This document shows, piece after piece, positions 18,013-28,134 of a stretch of DNA of 58,261 nucleotides (positions within the stretch are counted from its first letter, which is position 1; each line of letters begins with the position of its first letter). Source of the DNA: Candidatus Komeilibacteria bacterium. Its GTDB lineage: Bacteria; Patescibacteriota; Patescibacteriia; UBA1558; UBA10009. The position numbers were made by a program, and so were the translations under genes. The stretch spans positions 1 through 58,261 of the forward strand of contig JAUYIT010000030.1 of the NCBI GenBank assembly GCA_030688315.1, given 5' to 3'. The notes beneath the pieces were generated by a model. It had not been told where the DNA came from and made no database searches. It saw only the letters and a list, made by a program, of their open reading frames with translations.

Positions 18013-19173
18013 CTATTCTTTGATTTGAATGTTGATTTTATCGGCTAATGCCGGTAAGTACTTAGTCCAAAAGGGGAGCGAAATGGATACTGCTTTAACG
18101 CCGCTTTGCGAAGCCAGTTTTTTAATGGCTTCGGTTTTGCTTAGCTTGGTTAGTTCGGACGGATTGATATTTAGAGTGGCGATTTGAATGCCGTATTCGC
18201 CTTTGACCTGCGCGATAAGATGTTCGGAATTGGCATCCAAAATGGTAATGTCGTAAGCAAAACTGTTCGCGTCCACTTTAATGTAGGTTTCGGTATTTTT
18301 GTAATTATCCGGCAAATTGTTTTGGGCGATTTCTTTCATTTTGGCTTCGTCAAATAGCACAGCTTTAACGCCCAAGCCCAAAGTAACGGTAAAATCCTTT
18401 TGCCCGGTACCCACTTTGGCGGTGGTGGAGGATTTAATCACTTCAGCCACTAAAGCGTCTTGCGATAAGGTTTGCCCTTCGGGTAGCTCCTTGCTGATTT
18501 CTGCTTTCGCTTTAGTTAATAATGAAGCTCGCAGTTCCTCTTTGGCCCGGTCAATCAACTGCTGGGTAATTTGATATTGGGTGCGGCTGGAAATTTTAAA
18601 ATCCGCCACGCTTTCAGCGTAAATTTTATCGCGTAAACCTTCCCACAAGCCGGGAATGGTAAATTTGGCTGGCCCAATTTCAAATTGCGTGCCCGGCTGA
18701 TCCGCTTCCACGCTAGCCGTCACTTGTCCGCCGGCCGGCACGTTAACGGTTTTGGTCAGGCGATACAGCTTATTATCGGCCGTTAGCAAACGGGTGGTGG
18801 CAATTAAGGGCTGGGCCTTGGAATAGCGGTTAAAAATAGTTACCTCGCCGGTGGCCTTGTTATTGCTGATTTGATTTTCGGCCGCCGCGAAGGTTTTAGT
18901 GTCTTCAACCGTTAGTTCTTTAATGGAACCGGTCAAACTGGCCGTGTTATTTTGATTTGCCGCCAGCAAAGGATTATTTTCGGTCACCTGAACGGCAAAG
19001 CCGATTTGCTGGGTTTGGTAATTAGGGGTGATGTAAACCGTGGCCTGCGACAAGGCAAAATAAAGAATGGCCAAAATTAAAATAATGGCCAAAACGGAAA
19101 AAATAATGGTGAACCAGCGGTAGCTGGGGGTAATGCTGTTTAGCGGACTTTGTCTGATTTGAAGTTCTTTCAT
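18013..19173 (-). CDS. Membrane-anchored protein with baseplate-J-like domain
   Basis: N-terminal TM helix, then ATGEVTIFN..TRL..VEADQPG..FTIPGL pattern; start moved to MKELQ. Confidence 0.6.
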   Translation of the reverse strand: MKELQIRQSPLNSITPSYRWFTIIFSVLAIILILAILYFALSQATVYITPNYQTQQIGFAVQVTENNPLLAANQNNTASLTGSIKELTVEDTKTFAAAENQISNNKATGEVTIFNRYSKAQPLIATTRLLTADNKLYRLTKTVNVPAGGQVTASVEADQPGTQFEIGPAKFTIPGLWEGLRDKIYAESVADFKISSRTQYQITQQLIDRAKEELRASLLTKAKAEISKELPEGQTLSQDALVAEVIKSSTTAKVGTGQKDFTVTLGLGVKAVLFDEAKMKEIAQNNLPDNYKNTETYIKVDANSFAYDITILDANSEHLIAQVKGEYGIQIATLNINPSELTKLSKTEAIKKLASQSGVKAVSISLPFWTKYLPALADKINIQIKE

Positions 19174-19195
19174 AATGAGTTTATTATAATACAAT

Positions 19196-19322
19196 AAGGC
19201 CTTGCCGCGCAATGGTCATTCTGGAGCCCCCGCAGGGGCGAAGCAATCCCGCTGTTTATGGTTGAAGCAACGGGATTGCTTCGTCGCTACGCTCCTCGCA
19301 ATGACGGTGAAGGGCAAGGCCT
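19196..19322. repeat. REP/REPIN-like element, inverted copy of 1651-1774
   Basis: Shares the GTCATTCTGGAGCCCC and GGGATTGCTTCGTCGCTACGCTCCTCGCAATGAC arms and the AGGCCTTGC flanks. Confidence 0.85.
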
Positions 19323-19331
19323 GCCCATGAT

Positions 19332-22300
19332 TTAAACAAACCTGACGTTTTGCCGGCCGATCAGGTTAGAGAGCTGGTCCACCAGTTCTGAAGTGATAGT
19401 TACTGTCTGCTGGGCCTTAACGGTTTTATTTTGAATTTTAACATGAACAACCAGATTGCCCGGGTGGTTTTCCAAAGTGCTTCTTAATTGCGGACCAAAG
19501 TCGCGTTGCTGATCCGGAGTAATGGTGATTTCCAACAATCGGAATTGCCGATTTTTATCCACCGCCTTAACGCTGTCGCAAATCAATTTGGACGAGCCGT
19601 CTTTGTCGGTAATTTTTCCGTCCACAATTAAAATCGCGTCTTCCTGCCACAAACCGCTGGTGATTTCCAAAATTTTGGGAAACACCAACACTTCCACATT
19701 GCCGCTTTCATCGGCCAGATTGGCAAAATACATGGCCTGGCCTTTTTTGGTCATTACGCGCTGAAGTTTTTGCACCAACCCGGCAATCCGTACCATTTTG
19801 CCGTTGCCTAAGGATGGCAAATGGGCAATCAACGCCCGTTCGGCCGGCAACAGATGCCTCACTTTATTCAACGGATGTTCCGAAAGATAAATGCCCAGCA
19901 ATTCTTTTTCCCATTTTAAATTTTCGTCGGTATTTTCTTGGGGCGCTTCATCCAGCTTAAGCACCGGCGTGTTGGTGATTTTGGAAGCGGTAAATAAATC
20001 ATTTTGACCGTTGGACGTGCCGTTTGGCTTTTTGCCAAACTTTAACAGCCGGTCAATATTAAACAGCATTTGGCCGCGGCTGCCAAACCTGTCCAAAGCC
20101 CCGCACTTAATTAGCGATTCCAAGGATTTTTTATTTAAATCCTTATCCTGGGTTCTTAATAAAAAGTTCTCCAGATTTTTAAACGGGCCGTTAGCGCGCC
20201 GATCCTGAATAATGAATTTAGTCAGATGTTCACCCACGTTTTTAATGGCTGAAAGGCCAAAGCGGATGCGCGGCTTAACCTGGGTTTCTTCGGCTACCAC
20301 CATGGTAAAAATGGTGTAGCTTTCATTAATATCCGGCGGCAACACATCAATGCCCATTTTGTTGCATTCGCTTATTTCCAAAGCCACGCGGTCGATGTTT
20401 TCGTTATCGGCCGTTAGCAAAGCGGCCATAAATTGGGTAGGGAAATTGGCTTTAAGGTAAGCGGTTTGGTACGAAATCATGGCGTAGCAGGCGGCGTGGG
20501 CGCGGTTAAAACCGTAGCGGGCAAAGGGCAAAATGTATTCCCAGATTTTTTTGGCCACTTTTTTATCCACGCCGTTTTTAATCATGCCGCTGACCATTTT
20601 TTCTTCCTGTTCCACCAGCAAGGACTTGATTTTTTTGCCGACCGCTTTGCGCAACACGTCGGCTTCGCCGTAAGAAAAGCCGGATAAGTCGCGGGCAATC
20701 TGCATAATTTGCTCTTGGTACACGGCAATGCCGAAAGTTTTTTTAAGAATCGGTTCCAGTTTGGGATGAAGATAGGTAACGGTGGTTTGGCCGCGTTTGC
20801 CGGCAATGTAATCGGGGATCAGTTCCATAGGGCCGGGGCGGTACAGCGAAATCATCACAATAATGTCTTCAATATCCGTCGGTTCCAATTGAATCAGATA
20901 ACGGCGCATGCCTGAAGATTCCAATTGAAACACGCCGGTGGTCTGGCCTTTTTTTAATAAACGAAAAGTTTTTTCGTCATTAAGCGGGAGCTTATCAATA
21001 TCAATTTTTTGCCCCGTTGTTTTGTTGATAATTTCCAAAGCGGTTTCAATGATGGTTAAGTTTTTTAAACCCAAAAAGTCCATTTTTAACAAACCCAAAG
21101 CTTCCACCGGATGCAAGGAGTACTGCGAGATAACGGTTTTATCGTCGCTGCCGGCGTATTGCAGGGGTACGTGGTTATCCAAGGCGTCGGGCGTAATTAA
21201 CACGCCGCAGGCATGAGTGGAAGCGTGCCGCGCCACGCCTTCCAGTTTTTTGGCAAAGTCAATTAGATTTTTGGCTTGCGGATCGGCTTCGTAAATTTCC
21301 TTGATTTCCGGTACTTTGGCCACGGCGTCGGTCAAACTCATAAACATGGGGATCAACTTGGCAATGCGGTCGCAAAAGGAATAAGAGAGGCCTAACACCC
21401 GGCCCACGTCGCGAATGGCGGCCCGGGCCGCCATGGTACCAAAGGTGATAATCTGCGAAACCTGATCCTGGCCGTATTTTTGCGAAACATAATTAATAAC
21501 TTCATCACGGCGGATATCGGCAAAATCCAAATCAATATCGGGCATGCTTACCCGTTCGGGATTTAAAAACCGTTCAAAGATCAGTTCAAACTTGATCGGA
21601 TCAATGTTGGTCACGTTAATCAAATACGAAACCAAACTGCCGGGCGCGGAGCCGCGGCCCGGGCCGACTACGATGTTGTTGCTCTTGGCCCAGTTGACAA
21701 AATCTTGGACAATTAAAAAATAGGGAGCAAAACCGGTTTTGGCAATCACGCCCAACTCGTAATCCAGCCGTTGTTTAATTTCTTCCGTTACGCCTTCGGG
21801 ATAGCGCTTACTCAATCCTTCCTGGCATAAGTTTTTTAAATAATCTTCCGGGGTTTGTCCGCCGGGAACTTCGTAAGAGGGTAAAAGAATCTTACCCAAT
21901 TCTATGCGCGCGTCGCATTGTTCGGCGATTTTTAAAGTATTCTCCAATGCTTGAGGTACATGAGCAAAAGCCGCCGCCATTTTTTCCGGCGACCAAAAAG
22001 AAAAATCTTCACCCAGCATGGTTAAGCGGTCGCTTTCGGCTTGCTTTCTTTTGGTTTGAATGCACAGTAAAATATCCTGCGCTTCGGCGTCTTCGGGGTT
22101 TAAATAGTGGACGTCATTGGTGGCCACCAAAGGCAGATTAAGTTCTTCGGCTAATTTAATCAGGGCATCGTTAACTTTATGCTGATCCGGAATATTGGGG
22201 TTATGCTGAAGTTCCAGATAAAAATTATCCGGACCAAAAACGGCGCTGTATTTTAAAATAATTTCCCGGGCTTTGGTAGGGCCTTCGGTTAATATCGCCC

Positions 22301-22727
22301 GTGCCACCTCACCCTGTAAACAGGCCGAAAGAGCAATTAAACCGTCGTGGTATTTTTCCAACAACTCCCAGTCAATTCTGGGCTTATAATAAAAGCCCTC
22401 CAAATGGGCGAGCGTGTTTAGTTTAAGCAAATTTTTATAACCCTGATTGTTTTTGGCCAGCAAGATCAAATGATAGGGATGAGTGTCGTTTTTGCCGTCT
22501 TTACCCAAACGGCTGTTGGGGGCCACATAGGCCTCCATACCTATAATTGGCTTAATACCCGCCTTTTGGCATTGCTCGTAAAATTCAATAATGCCGTACA
22601 TGGAGCCGTGGTCGGTTAAGGCCAAAGCCGGCATTTTAAATTCCTTGGCTTTTTTAACCAACTCCGGAATTTTAGGCAAACCGTCCAGCAAGGAATAGTG
22701 GCTGTGGGTGTGTAAGTGGACAAACAT
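19332..22727 (-). CDS. dnaE: DNA polymerase III alpha subunit
   Basis: HLHTHSHYSLLDG PHP domain, GPGRGS, MPDIDLDF, YGFNRAH. Confidence 0.98.
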   Translation of the reverse strand: MFVHLHTHSHYSLLDGLPKIPELVKKAKEFKMPALALTDHGSMYGIIEFYEQCQKAGIKPIIGMEAYVAPNSRLGKDGKNDTHPYHLILLAKNNQGYKNLLKLNTLAHLEGFYYKPRIDWELLEKYHDGLIALSACLQGEVARAILTEGPTKAREIILKYSAVFGPDNFYLELQHNPNIPDQHKVNDALIKLAEELNLPLVATNDVHYLNPEDAEAQDILLCIQTKRKQAESDRLTMLGEDFSFWSPEKMAAAFAHVPQALENTLKIAEQCDARIELGKILLPSYEVPGGQTPEDYLKNLCQEGLSKRYPEGVTEEIKQRLDYELGVIAKTGFAPYFLIVQDFVNWAKSNNIVVGPGRGSAPGSLVSYLINVTNIDPIKFELIFERFLNPERVSMPDIDLDFADIRRDEVINYVSQKYGQDQVSQIITFGTMAARAAIRDVGRVLGLSYSFCDRIAKLIPMFMSLTDAVAKVPEIKEIYEADPQAKNLIDFAKKLEGVARHASTHACGVLITPDALDNHVPLQYAGSDDKTVISQYSLHPVEALGLLKMDFLGLKNLTIIETALEIINKTTGQKIDIDKLPLNDEKTFRLLKKGQTTGVFQLESSGMRRYLIQLEPTDIEDIIVMISLYRPGPMELIPDYIAGKRGQTTVTYLHPKLEPILKKTFGIAVYQEQIMQIARDLSGFSYGEADVLRKAVGKKIKSLLVEQEEKMVSGMIKNGVDKKVAKKIWEYILPFARYGFNRAHAACYAMISYQTAYLKANFPTQFMAALLTADNENIDRVALEISECNKMGIDVLPPDINESYTIFTMVVAEETQVKPRIRFGLSAIKNVGEHLTKFIIQDRRANGPFKNLENFLLRTQDKDLNKKSLESLIKCGALDRFGSRGQMLFNIDRLLKFGKKPNGTSNGQNDLFTASKITNTPVLKLDEAPQENTDENLKWEKELLGIYLSEHPLNKVRHLLPAERALIAHLPSLGNGKMVRIAGLVQKLQRVMTKKGQAMYFANLADESGNVEVLVFPKILEITSGLWQEDAILIVDGKITDKDGSSKLICDSVKAVDKNRQFRLLEITITPDQQRDFGPQLRSTLENHPGNLVVHVKIQNKTVKAQQTVTITSELVDQLSNLIGRQNVRFV

Positions 22728-22859
22728 TATTGTATGAAAAAGTTAGTCAGTTTAAGCGCGATAATACGGTTGCGGAACTTTCGCGAGGGCTTAGGTATTT
22801 TGACTGAAAATTGAATTTTTAGCAACCCCGTTTTGGCCAAAAAATCCGCCGTAAAAAAA

Positions 22860-22889
22860 CGTAGAGACGCGCAATTGCGCGTCTCTACG
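22860..22889. repeat. GTAG-type REP, perfect 30-bp palindrome
   Basis: CGTAGAGACGCGCAATTGCGCGTCTCTACG. Confidence 0.8.
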
Positions 22890-22914
22890 GTATTTAATCG
22901 CAAACAATTTAAAT

Positions 22915-23217
22915 TTACGTTTTGCCGTTTTTTCCGGCGGCGGATTTTTTGGCCTTTTTATCGGAAACATATTCCGAAACCCTTTTACCTATTTCCACGG
23001 CCGTGGCCACGGCGTTGCCGAAATTATTGACCTTTTCCTTGGTTTTTTCAAAAAAGTCCCTGATGGCGTCCAAAGTTTTGGTAAATGTTTCCATAACCAT
23101 GTAAACGCGTTTTAAAATCATGGCAAAATAGTAAATCATCCAGCAGATAAAAATTGTCAGCCATAACACGCAAAAGGCGATCACGATATTTAAAAGGTCT
23201 TGGGAGTTTTCCAACAT
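22915..23217 (-). CDS. Single-TM, coiled-coil hypothetical protein
   Basis: Hydrophobic N-terminal helix, amphipathic tail, basic C-terminus. Confidence 0.7.
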   Translation of the reverse strand: MLENSQDLLNIVIAFCVLWLTIFICWMIYYFAMILKRVYMVMETFTKTLDAIRDFFEKTKEKVNNFGNAVATAVEIGKRVSEYVSDKKAKKSAAGKNGKT

Positions 23218-23294
23218 ATTTTTTTGTTTTAAGATTTAACCTTCGTATTATACCACAATTCACCAAAAGCGGAAAATATGTTAAAATAAACGGG

Positions 23295-24155
23295 ATGCCA
23301 GATTATCAAATCCATGATTTATCGGAGCGCCAGTTAAAATTCGGCTATTGGCTGTTAACCCACGCTCGGAATTTTAAAAAGGCGCTGATTATCGCTTTAA
23401 TTGCCGTAAGCGCGTTGTTTTGGGGTTTGGCCATTTACGGTTTAACCGTTTACCTGGTCAATAGTCAGCAAGATCAGCAGATTATTCAAGGCATTGCTGA
23501 TAATGACATTGATTTTGAAGGTTTTAGGCAGAGGCATAAGCCCCAGGATTTGGTTTTTGGACCGTCTCAGTTGATTTATACCGGCAATAACAAATATGAT
23601 TTTAGCGCCGAGGCTTATAACCCTAATCTTAACCGCGGCATCGTGGCTTTGTCATATTTTTTCACGGCCGGCGACTTTACCACCGCCACTGAAAGCATTA
23701 CCATTTGGCCCGGGCAAAAAGTTCTATTATTATCCCTAGCCAATCAAACAGTCAGGCGTTTAACCGAGGCGAACCTGCAAATCGATTCCCTGGTCTGGCA
23801 ACCGCTTGGTCAGCAGGCCATTGATCCAAGCGTTGAACCGGTTACGGTTTCAGAGATTGAATTTACCCAAGAGGCATCAAGCAAGCAAAGATCTTACGTT
23901 ACCTTTAACGCTCGCAACAACATTTTTAAAAATTATTGGACTGTTGATTTTCAAGCCGCGCTTTATAGCGGCAATAACCTGATTGGCGTTAACCAAATCC
24001 GGGTCAATGAATTTTTAGCCGAAGAAACCAGAGCTCTGGAAATGAGCTGGTTTGAATCATTGCCCAGAGTGAGCCGGGTGGAAGTAACTCCGCTGTTAAA
24101 TATTTACGATAGCGCTAATTTTTACAGCTTGCCCGGGCAGGCCGTGGAGGAGTAG
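23295..24155 (+). CDS. Membrane-anchored hypothetical protein
   Basis: One TM helix then beta-rich domains; start moved to MPDYQ; 6 nt upstream of rodA. Confidence 0.75.
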   Translation: MPDYQIHDLSERQLKFGYWLLTHARNFKKALIIALIAVSALFWGLAIYGLTVYLVNSQQDQQIIQGIADNDIDFEGFRQRHKPQDLVFGPSQLIYTGNNKYDFSAEAYNPNLNRGIVALSYFFTAGDFTTATESITIWPGQKVLLLSLANQTVRRLTEANLQIDSLVWQPLGQQAIDPSVEPVTVSEIEFTQEASSKQRSYVTFNARNNIFKNYWTVDFQAALYSGNNLIGVNQIRVNEFLAEETRALEMSWFESLPRVSRVEVTPLLNIYDSANFYSLPGQAVEE

Positions 24156-24161
24156 GGCAAT

Positions 24162-25280
24162 ATGCCAAAAAGATTTTTAATCTGGTTCCAGTATTGCGAC
24201 TGGTATTTAATCATCAATATATTTTTATTGATGATTTTCGGTTTGGCCACGCTGTATAGTTTGCAAATTAACGTGGATAATCCTAATTTTGAAGTTTTCA
24301 ATCACCAGCTGATTTTGGCCCTGGTTGGTTTGGGTATGTTTATTTTGATTAGCTCAATCAATTTTAAGGTTTGGGCGGATTATTATAAGATCATTTTATT
24401 CGGCGGCGCGCTCCTATTAATCGCCGTTTTGTTGTTTGGTACCGATGTCCGGGGCACCACCGGCTGGCTGGTTATTTTGGGACAGGGTTTTCAGCCCGTG
24501 GAATTTGTAAAAATCGCTCTGATTATTTTTTTGGCCCGGCTGTTTTCGCAGGGCGGTTATCAAACCAGCCCGGTCAAGGGTTTGCTGATCAGCGGTTCCG
24601 GCGCCGTACTGCTGATCGTGTTGGTACTACTGCAGCCGGATTTTGGTTCAGCCATGCTCTTGTTTGCCGGTTGGCTGGCAATGTATTTTTTATTGCCCAT
24701 CAGAAAAAAAACCGTTCTGATTATGGCCGTGGCGGGTCTGACTGTTGCCTTGGCTTTTGGCATGTTTTTCCTTAAGGATTATCAAAAAGACCGCTTGCTC
24801 ACTTTTTTAAATCCGCAGCAAGATCCGTTGGGTTCGGGTTATAACGTGAGGCAGGCGGTGGTGGCGGTGGGTTCGGGCCAGTTTTTTGGCCGGGGTTTGG
24901 GGCTGGGCTCGCAAAGCCAGCTGAATTTTTTGCCTGAACAGCAGACCGACTTTATTTTTGCCGTTATTGCCGAAGAATTGGGTTTTGTGGGCGCGGGACT
25001 GGTGCTGCTGTTGTTTTTCAGCTTGCTGGCACGCGTTTACGCTATTGCCAGTTTGGCCAAGGATAACTTTGCTCACTTTTTTTGCCTGGGCCTGATTTGC
25101 TTGTTAACCATACAAATTTTTATCAATATCGGCATGAATTTGGGCATTGCCCCGGTTACCGGCGTGCCTTTGCCCTTAATTTCCTATGGTGGCAGTTCCT
25201 TGCTGTCTGTGTTGATTTTTTTGGGTATTGTTCATAATATTCAAATCAGAAATAAGCGCTCGCTTTTTGCCAGAATGTAG
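24162..25280 (+). CDS. rodA: SEDS peptidoglycan polymerase RodA/FtsW
   Basis: FQPVEFVK, LQPDFGSA, DPLGSGYN, LPEQQTDFIF, PVTGVPLPLISYGGSS. Confidence 0.9.
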   Translation: MPKRFLIWFQYCDWYLIINIFLLMIFGLATLYSLQINVDNPNFEVFNHQLILALVGLGMFILISSINFKVWADYYKIILFGGALLLIAVLLFGTDVRGTTGWLVILGQGFQPVEFVKIALIIFLARLFSQGGYQTSPVKGLLISGSGAVLLIVLVLLQPDFGSAMLLFAGWLAMYFLLPIRKKTVLIMAVAGLTVALAFGMFFLKDYQKDRLLTFLNPQQDPLGSGYNVRQAVVAVGSGQFFGRGLGLGSQSQLNFLPEQQTDFIFAVIAEELGFVGAGLVLLLFFSLLARVYAIASLAKDNFAHFFCLGLICLLTIQIFINIGMNLGIAPVTGVPLPLISYGGSSLLSVLIFLGIVHNIQIRNKRSLFARM

Positions 25281-25367
25281 CCATTAGCCCAAAGCCAGTG
25301 GCCTTGACTTAATTGGTCGATTGTATTAGTATAGTACCCAAGCACAGTTAATTACTAACCTACAAAT

Positions 25368-26063
25368 ATGGTCAATCAAGAAATTAAACTTTCCGCCAAA
25401 ACCAGAACTTTACCCACCAAAGCCCTTAACGAGCAAAGAAGCAACGGCTTGGTGCCGGCTGAACTGTACGGTTCGGGCAAACCCAATCAGCATTTATTCG
25501 TCAACAAGCTGGAATTGGAAAAGGTCTATCATCAGGCCGGTTCCAGCAGTTTGGTTGATTTATCGGTGGATGACGCTGCTACTTTTAAGGTCATGGTGCA
25601 GGATGTTCAGGTTGATCCGTTGTCCGGCAAACTGGACCACGCTGATTTGTTTCAAATTGAAATGGACAAGGAAATGTTTGCTCACCTGCCTTTGGTGTTG
25701 CTGGGCGAATCCAAGGCCATTAAGGAACAGGGCGGCACGCTGGTTACTCCGTTGCAGGAAGTGGAAATTTCCTGTTTGCCCAAGGATTTGATTCCTCATT
25801 TGGAAGTTGATTTGTCCATGCTGGCCAATATCGGCGATTCCATCAGGGTCAAAGATCTTAAAATTCCTGCCACCATCAAGCTGGTTACTAACGAAGATGA
25901 AGTGGTTGCCTCGGCTATTTTGCAGAAGTTTGAAGCCGAAGCCGTGGTTGCTCCGGTGGCTGAAGCCGCTGTTGAAGGCGCTCCGGCCGAAGGTGCTGAA
26001 GCCAAAGCCGAAGGCGCCGGCGGAGCCGAAGCGGGCAAGAAAAAATCCGAAGAAAAAAAATAA
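25368..26063 (+). CDS. rplY: 50S ribosomal protein L25/Ctc
   Basis: VPAELYG, VQDVQVDP..HADL, acidic Ala-rich tail. Confidence 0.95.
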   Translation: MVNQEIKLSAKTRTLPTKALNEQRSNGLVPAELYGSGKPNQHLFVNKLELEKVYHQAGSSSLVDLSVDDAATFKVMVQDVQVDPLSGKLDHADLFQIEMDKEMFAHLPLVLLGESKAIKEQGGTLVTPLQEVEISCLPKDLIPHLEVDLSMLANIGDSIRVKDLKIPATIKLVTNEDEVVASAILQKFEAEAVVAPVAEAAVEGAPAEGAEAKAEGAGGAEAGKKKSEEKK

Positions 26064-26087
26064 GTTCTCTTTACTTTCTTAAAACTC

Positions 26088-26582
26088 ATGGATACCGGGC
26101 AGATAAAAATTATTTTCTCCAGGTTAATCTTGGTTTTAATAGTTGTCGGCTCATTGCTGTCGGCCATTTTTTACCTTAACTCCCGCTGGGAAAAAATCCG
26201 CGATATTCGGCGCCAGGCCGATGCCGGATCAATCGTTAAAGCCCTGGATTTTTACAACGTCCAGTTCGGCTCTTATCCCGATAATACCGATGACGACGGC
26301 GATGGTTGGGATAAAAGTAACGATCCCGCTGACAGAAAATTTTTGGAACCATTAAACAAGGTCGGCTTATTGCCGGCCTTGGCTTTTGATCCTAAAAACG
26401 ACGAAGTTTACCATTACCGCTATCAAAAGTTTTCTTCCGGCGATTTTGGCTGTGACCGGCCGTACGCCGTTTTTCAAATCACTAAATTTGAAGAAGTGGT
26501 TGATTTGGGCCGGGGCGAGTGCCCCGAAATCAACTGGACCAAGCTGGCGCCCAACGGCTACACCTGGTTTTCCTTGGAATAA
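26088..26582 (+). CDS. Pilin/pseudopilin (GspG-like) protein with degenerate prepilin motif
   Basis: Hydrophobic helix followed by RDIRRQAD..IVKALDFY..GSYP and DP; C-terminal Cys pair; no G|FxxxE. Confidence 0.6.
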   Translation: MDTGQIKIIFSRLILVLIVVGSLLSAIFYLNSRWEKIRDIRRQADAGSIVKALDFYNVQFGSYPDNTDDDGDGWDKSNDPADRKFLEPLNKVGLLPALAFDPKNDEVYHYRYQKFSSGDFGCDRPYAVFQITKFEEVVDLGRGECPEINWTKLAPNGYTWFSLE

Positions 26583-26588
26583 AATTTT

Positions 26589-27254
26589 ATGTCCGAAATC
26601 ATCAATACCTATTTGTTAAATGATCCCGAAACCGTTATTGCCATGGATCGGCAGGAGTTTTATGATGAGCAAATCAAGGCCTTTAAAAAAACCGGCCAGC
26701 CCATCAGAGCCAACGAAATAGTGGATATTTTTGTATTCAATTCATCAGGTGAACTTTTAGTTCAAAAAAGATCCGATGACAAAGCTCATAATCCTGGTTT
26801 GCTTGATAAATCAGTCGGAGGCCATATTTCGTTTGGCAATGAACCGGATTTTACGGTTATGGTGGAAACAGTCCAAGAGTTACAAGCTCCGTCAATTGTC
26901 TTGAAAAATGACGTTGATTATAGAAAAACTATTAATCTCTTAAATGATTATTTAAAAGTGGTTTCGGTAATAAAGTATGTCAATACCAAAATCTATAAAA
27001 TAGAAAAGATTATTAATGGACAAAAAATACTAATCGCTAATAGGATTCATGCTTACTTTGGGGTTTATGACGGCAGCGTTAAACCCGTGGATCGTGAAGC
27101 GAGGGGTATTTTATGGTATTCTTTGAAGGAATTGGATGACGAAATGAAAAGACTTCCTGAAACTTTTTCCTGCGATATGCATGCTTTGTTTAAAGAGCTC
27201 CGTCCGGAAATTGAGGAGTTTCTAGAATTATTGGCTAAACAGAAGAAGTCTTGA
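26589..27254 (+). CDS. NUDIX hydrolase (IDI-like)
   Basis: FVFNSSGELLVQKRS..K..PGLLDKSVGGH; degenerate Nudix box. Confidence 0.8.
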   Translation: MSEIINTYLLNDPETVIAMDRQEFYDEQIKAFKKTGQPIRANEIVDIFVFNSSGELLVQKRSDDKAHNPGLLDKSVGGHISFGNEPDFTVMVETVQELQAPSIVLKNDVDYRKTINLLNDYLKVVSVIKYVNTKIYKIEKIINGQKILIANRIHAYFGVYDGSVKPVDREARGILWYSLKELDDEMKRLPETFSCDMHALFKELRPEIEEFLELLAKQKKS

Positions 27255-27978
27255 TATTAATACCGGTCTTATCTTCATAGATAACGATCGGTTGAGGGTT
27301 TAGTTGAGCAACTTGTTGGAAAAATTTATCGTAAGTACCAACCAGAGCCAATTTTGGCTCTTTTTTGATTGAGGGTTCATTGAGGTCATTTGTATCAAGG
27401 TAGGGCAGATTGGCCAGAATCAGGTCAATTTTTAGGCCCTGGAGGGGTTTTAGCAGGTCGCCCTGAAGAAATTCAATGTATTGATCAACTCCATGAAAGT
27501 AAGCGTTTTTTTTGGCAACTTGAAGAGCTTTTGGACTAATGTCCACGGCGTAAAATTTAAAATCACTAAGGTCATAGTTTTGTTTTTGAAGTTCTTTGAT
27601 AATAGTGATAATGATACAACCGGAACCGGTGCCTAGGTCGCAAATCGTGTCGCCTGGTTTAATATTAGCTAGTGCTTTGGCAATCAGCTCTTCGGTTAGA
27701 GGCCGGGGGATTAACACGTTTTTATTAACGTAAAAATTTCGGCCGTAAAATTCCTTTTGACCAGTCAAATAAGCGATTGGCCAGTTTTTGGAACGCCGGC
27801 TGATTAAATAAAAAAAACGGATTTTTTGAATCCAGTTCAATTTAACTTCAGGATGGGTGTATAAGAATTCTTTGGATTTGTTTAAAACAAAGGCGAGTAA
27901 AATATCAGCGTCCAATTGAGCAGAATCAAATGACTCAAGTTTTTGAGCGGCCTTGGTTAAGGCGGATTTGATAGTCAT
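27235..27978 (-). CDS. prmC: Release factor glutamine methyltransferase (shortened C-terminus)
   Basis: PIAYLTG, VLIPRP, DLGTGSGCI, ANLPY; start moved to MTIKS. Confidence 0.92.
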   Translation of the reverse strand: MTIKSALTKAAQKLESFDSAQLDADILLAFVLNKSKEFLYTHPEVKLNWIQKIRFFYLISRRSKNWPIAYLTGQKEFYGRNFYVNKNVLIPRPLTEELIAKALANIKPGDTICDLGTGSGCIIITIIKELQKQNYDLSDFKFYAVDISPKALQVAKKNAYFHGVDQYIEFLQGDLLKPLQGLKIDLILANLPYLDTNDLNEPSIKKEPKLALVGTYDKFFQQVAQLNPQPIVIYEDKTGINIKTSSV

Positions 27979-28012
27979 GGTATTGGCATTGCCTCGCTCG
28001 GGCATGAAAAAT

Positions 28013-28110
28013 GTCATTGCGAGCGACCGAAGGGAGCGCGGCAATCTCGTTACTATTTTTATCATCGGGATTGCTTCGTCGCTCGCTTTCAGCTCGCTCC
28101 TCGCAATGAC
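28013..28110. repeat. GTCATTGCGAG-family palindrome between prfA and prmC
   Basis: GTCATTGCGAGCGACCGAAGGGAGCG..GCAATCTC ... GATTGCTTCGTCGCT..CCTCGCAATGAC. Confidence 0.85.
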
Positions 28111-28134
28111 ATTATTGCCCTCGCTCGTCAGTAC

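Noticed and set aside
27979-28065. N-terminal extension of PrmC
   Set aside because: Runs through the GTCATTGCGAG repeat; likely start is 27978.
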